The position numbers and the translations under genes are program-made. From Eledone cirrhosa (Eukaryota): 64,000 nt of DNA. Each line of letters opens with the position of its first letter. Within the stretch, counting starts at the first letter, position 1. The stretch covers positions 308,388,001 to 308,452,000 of the forward strand of contig OZ024741.1 in assembly GCA_964016885.1 (NCBI GenBank), in the 5' to 3' direction. This document shows positions 58,324 to 64,000 of the stretch, piece after piece. The notes under the pieces were generated by a model that was not told the DNA's origin, did not search any database, and worked only from the letters and a program-made list of their open reading frames with translations.

Positions 58324-59060
58324 TATTATAGGTCCGTACGAAACTAAGAAGAAATGTGTGTGTATATGTCAGTAAAAGTGTGTGTGTGTGCATGTAAGTA
58401 CGAAGCTATGAGCAAAGAGAAAGCGATAGCAATCTAGGGGTGTGATAATGGACGGGGTATTAGAGAAATTGAGGAGGTGAGTTGAATCCAAGAGGGGAAT
58501 AGGACCCAAGACGGTGAATAAGCTTTTGTTCAGTCCTAGTGCGCGAGGCCTGTGATCCATGATGTGAAAGGACACCCAGGACTGAAACATGTAGGGAACA
58601 ATGACCAGGAGAACAGAAATGACGGGCAACAGGAGTATCCAAACCGAGTCTTATGTCCCTCAAATGTTCGGCAAAACGGTCCGCCATACGGCGTCCCGTT
58701 TGTCCGATATATAAAGACCCACAAAGGGAACACCGGAGGGCATAGACAACATGGGTGGATGTGCAGATGAAGGAATGGCGGATATGGAAAGACCCGTTAG
58801 GGCCTGTAAGAGTGGTGAGGGTGGAAATAAAGGGACAAGTGTTGCAGCGGGAACGGGATCAGGGATGAGAGCCGGGTGGAGTCGTAGAAGAGGACGAAAA
58901 AGAACTGCGAACCAGGAGGTCGCGGAGGTTTCGGACGCGCTTAAAAGCAGTAATGGGTGGGTTTGGAAAAAAGTGAGAAGTGACGGGGTCAGAAGAGAGG
59001 ATACGGAAGGAACGGAGTGGTAGGGTATGGGGTGGTAGGTGAGAGGGAAAGGAACACGGG
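57921..59060 (-). mobile_element. 5'-truncated Penelope-like element (linker, GIY-YIG, 3' UTR with hammerhead)
   Basis: FRILSSDP..FPNPPITAFKRVRNLRDLLVRS; YIGQTGR; ADRFAEHLRDI..PVARHF..H; EQKLIHRLGS..PLGFN; frameshifted. Confidence 0.88.
58008..58043 (-). ncRNA. Minimal type I hammerhead ribozyme
   Basis: ucuu CUGAUGA aa gac uagc guc a GAAA cguu aaga. Confidence 0.8.
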
Positions 59061-59142
59061 TGTTGGGAGGGCGGGGGTGAGGTGAGAGGGCTGTGGTGCG
59101 GTCTGTTGGAGAATAGGCTGGCTGTGTAGGTACCAGTTAAGT

Positions 59143-59778
59143 TAAGCTTAAAAATATGAGAATAAGAAGAAAGCAAGAACGCGGTGTCGGGTTCCTCATC
59201 AGTTGTCTACCGGGGATCTCGGATATTTCAACGCTTTAAAGACAATATATCTACACCCGCTATGACCCTTCTTCTCTCTCCCTCCACCTACCTATTCCTT
59301 TACTATCTACTCTTCCCCCTCTTTCTTCCTCTCCCTTTCTCCCTCTCACTTTCACTCATCCTCTCTCTGACTGCCACCTCATTGTTTCCATCGCCTGACC
59401 TTCTCAGCAGTCTTTTTCTCCCTTACACTCGCTTGGGTTAGTCGCGTCTTTTTTCGCTCGATCACACGCTCTTGAACTTATGTTCTGTTACCGCTGTGGT
59501 CTTGGATTCTCTCACCTTCAGTTGCTGCACATTCTGTGGTTTGTTGTTTTTTTTCACTGCTTCCCTTTTCTTCCCATTTCCCCTTTTCCCTTCTATTTTC
59601 CTTCTCTCTCTCCTCCGTTTTCCCAATAACTTACCCGGTTATTGAACGCACTGGGATAGATATATTGTCTTTAAAGCGTTGAAATATCCGAGACCCCCAG
59701 TAGACAACTGTTGAGGACCCCCCCCCCCCACACACACACACCGTTCTTGCTTTCTTCTTATTCTCATATTTTTAAGCT

Positions 59779-59780
<2 letters not shown>
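59143..59780. repeat. Inverted repeat (~110-bp arms, ~400-bp spacer) with a degenerate hammerhead-like motif
   Basis: 59143-59253 versus 59657-59780; minus strand caa CUGAUGA ggaaccc GACA ccgcguuc uug. Confidence 0.8.
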
Positions 59781-60714
<934 letters not shown>

Positions 60715-60885
60715 GGGAGACACAAAGCAAGTTTTATTTAGAAACGGCTAGCGAATTTCCTAATTTTCTAATTTTATATCTATATATATATGTGTGTGTA
60801 CCATACATTCATATATATATATTACTCTATTACTCAGCCGACAATATCAGGCCACTCTAGGATCTATATATAAATATACATATAT

Positions 60886-61100
60886 TTGTTTTGCAAAGTT
60901 TTCGATATGAAATCGTGTAAAAATAAATATTGTTATATTTGGAGAGGGTGATATTGTGATAATATTGCCAGAAATATATAATAAAACACTCTCACTGTTT
61001 GGTTGGGGTTGATTTTCGCTTCCATATATTCTATATCCCAATAGTTAATTTAGCTGGCAATCAATGTTTATCATTGATTGACCAACAGTTAAACATATAG

Positions 61101-61177
<77 letters not shown>

Positions 61178-61564
61178 AAAATGTGTGTAATCCTTGGTAC
61201 AGTTAGGTATATTAAGACAGGGGGAAAAAAAAAAAAAAAAAAATGGCTTCACTTGTGCTTTCAACAAATTTATTTTCTTCACAAAATCCCAAAATAATTT
61301 TTTTCCGGATTAGAAAAAATTTTTTCTTAAAAAAAATTATTTTATAAATTAAGTTGTTGATTGTTGGTTAATTTATAAAATAATTTTTTTTAAGAAAAAA
61401 TTTTTTTAAGAAAATTTTTTTAAGAAAAAACTTTTTTAAGAAAAAATTTTTAAGAAAGAATTTTTTCTAATCCGGAAAAAAATTATTTTGGGATTTTGTG
61501 AAGAAAATAAATTTGTTGAAAGCACAAGTGAAGCCATTTTTTTTTTTTTCTTCCCCCCGTCTTA

Positions 61565-61628
<64 letters not shown>

Positions 61629-61700
61629 TCTCAGAGTTCTTTCGTTACACACTTGTGACATTATCAGTGATACTATTATGTTTCCTCCCGTTGTATTGTA
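60886..61700 (-). mobile_element. Diverged copy of the 32-34 kb Penelope terminal repeat, split by an insertion
   Basis: 60886-61110 is homologous to the reverse complement of ~33890-34100; 61634-61700 matches 32172-32238, including a mutated hammerhead (CUGAUAA). Confidence 0.78.
61208..61569. repeat. AT-rich fold-back (~110-bp near-perfect arms, internal short tandem repeats)
   Basis: tatattaagacaggggg..ccggattagaaaaaa / ttttttctaatccgg..cccccgtcttaatata. Confidence 0.9.
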
Positions 61701-62046
61701 ATGTTTACTTAATAAGTAAACATTGCACTTACATAATGATTATGCAACAATAACTTTCCCCTCCATAGGTTATGGGCCCCTCATATAATAATATAAACAA
61801 GATATATGCATATATATGGTTTTATCCGAGTCAACCTATACCTATGCCCCTTTGTCTACATTTATAAATCACCATTCTCTACCCTACACGAATTCCTCTC
61901 CTATATTAAAATGTTTGCTTGCACAACTCTCAGAACCTGCTGTTATCTACCTGTCTATCGCCCACATATTTATTTATTATGTTTTCAAGATGGCTAACTA
62001 ACTAATTTTTCCTTTAATCTTTCTTTTCTTACTCACATCTATCTTC

Positions 62047-62119
<73 letters not shown>

Positions 62120-62146
62120 TCTCTCTCTCACTCTCTCTCGCTCTCG

Positions 62147-62185
<39 letters not shown>

Positions 62186-62189
62186 GCTA

Positions 62190-62305
62190 TCTTCCCATGA
62201 AGAACTAGCGTCCGTAAAGTTAAGACTTATTTCCAAGCGTTAAAATAATATTTTGTCCTTATATTGTATTGGTCTACAGCATTATTTGTTGATGTTTATG
62301 TTTCT
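62190..62305 (+). repeat. Decayed copy of the 34.5/58 kb hammerhead repeat
   Basis: tcttcccatgaagaactagcgtccgtaaagttaagac..caagcgttaa. Confidence 0.6.
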
Positions 62306-62367
62306 TATATATTAATCTAACCTAGTTCTGTATATATCTATATATTCTCTCTCTCTAGCTATCTATC

Positions 62368-62441
<74 letters not shown>

Positions 62442-62471
62442 TCTCACTCTCTCTCTCTCTCACCTTCTCGG

Positions 62472-62748
62472 GCTGGGCTTTGCGTTGTGCTCTTGAGCAA
62501 GACACTTTATTTCACGTTATTCCAGTTCCCTCATCTTTAGAAATGAGTTGCGACGTCACTGTTGTCAAGCTGTACAGGCCTTAGCCTTTCCCTTGGACAA
62601 CATGGCGGGGAGAGGGGAGACTTGTATGCATGGGCGGCTGCTGGTCTTCCACAAACAACCTTGCCCAGACTTGTGCCTTAGAGGGGAACATTCTAGGTTC
62701 AAATCCCATGGTCATTCGTGACCGAAGGGCGTCTTTACTCTTTACCCC
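62472..62748 (+). mobile_element. SINE body (family C, head missing)
   Basis: gttgtgctcttgagcaagacactttatttcac is a CORE/V-SINE-like post-tRNA motif; ends in a short tttac repeat. Confidence 0.6.
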
Positions 62749-63355
62749 CTCTCTTTCTTTCATCTCTCTCAGAATAGTGAAAACTCTCTCCTTTCACTGA
62801 CATAAATAGCAAAACAACAAAGCAGCAGTAATTTCATCGAAAAGAATATAAAATAAGAATAAAAATACACGTCTGTGTGTACGTATGTCTGTGTGTACGT
62901 GTGTGTGTGTGTATATGTGTATATATGCGTGTGTACGTGTGTGTGTGTGTGTGTGCGTATGTACGTGTGTGTATCTGTGTGTGTGTCTGTGTGTACGTAT
63001 GTCTGTGTGTCTGTGTGTCTGTGTGTCTGTGTGTCTGTGTGTGTACGTGTGTGTGTGCGTTTGTGTGTGTGTGTACGTGTGTGTGTGCGTCTGTGTGTAC
63101 GTGTGTATGTGCGTGTGTATATGTGTGTGTGTGCATGCCTATGCTTGTATGTATGGTTTTATTGGACGCTTCACTAATCGTTACTCTGAGAAAATCGTTT
63201 CGGATCTTTTGGATGATTAGTGAAATTTTCATCTTCTAATAAATAAATATAACACTACATTTTGTATTGAGTACTATATCCTCTTCGTCTTGTTAGTATA
63301 GCTTGATTTATGACAAAACATGCATCTGTATCTGTGTGTGAGTATGCGTGTGTGT

Positions 63356-63395
<40 letters not shown>

Positions 63396-64000
63396 AACAC
63401 ACACACAAACACACACATTCACACACTAACACACATACATACACACGGCATACACCACACACACATACATACACACACTAACGCACACATACATACACAC
63501 ACACACACACACTCCCACACACATACACACACATATACATTTATTTATGGCAATCCTGAGGTGATAATCGGTCGGTTACTTTACAGCAATTGCAATCTGT
63601 AAGGGGAGATCACTAAAGGTGAGACCAAAGATAACATTTATTATTATGGCCTTACTTTATACGGTATCATTCCAATCATTGCTATTTCTGTGTCGTTTTC
63701 TATTCTATTTTACATTAGTATTAGTTCAGTTGTTCCTAATATTTATTCTAATGTTTGGCCCTATTAATTCTTATTCTACATTTAATGTCTTTTATTCCAA
63801 ACGTTAATCCTTAACAATTTTTTTTTTTTGTTATTTGTATTAATTTATTTATTATTATTTTTTATTTTATTTTAAAACTTCGTATAGCTTTCCCCAGCGA
63901 CAAATCCCGACATCGCCATCTCCCGTCAACATGTTCAATATGGTTTTAAAGCCCAGGCACGTCCCGCGTCGCCACCATTGCAAAGAACTCTCCACGACTG

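Overview
Gene-poor, AT-rich animal DNA made almost entirely of microsatellites, minisatellites and transposons. The repeat repertoire (a recurrent tRNA-headed SINE, Dong/R4 LINEs, Penelope elements, very dense microsatellites) suggests a cephalopod such as Octopus; this is an inference. No host protein-coding gene can be supported, and most of the ORF track is translated simple repeat. Recognisable elements: an internally deleted Helitron with an intact PIF1-type helicase frame and both termini (7991-11167); two head-to-tail Tx1/L1-type EN-RT LINEs in (ATCT)n (12.9-19.5 kb); Dong/R4-type RT-RLE LINEs in (TAA)n and (TATG)n (20.7-22.7 kb, 44.4-49.4 kb); Penelope GIY-YIG remnants (32-34 kb, 58-59 kb); a TTAA-flanked MITE; about 20 SINE copies; and a 200-N gap. 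The most interesting signal is non-coding. Nine minimal type I hammerhead ribozyme motifs with a canonical CUGANGA/GAAA core, plus several degenerate ones, from at least five sequence-unrelated families sit in or beside fold-back (inverted-repeat) units embedded in (TA)n. Several of these units share a 3' tail hairpin (ACTC...GAGT, often followed by RCTC), and two families share a C.C mismatch at the same stem II position. All folds and alignments were made by eye and coordinates are approximate to a few bases.
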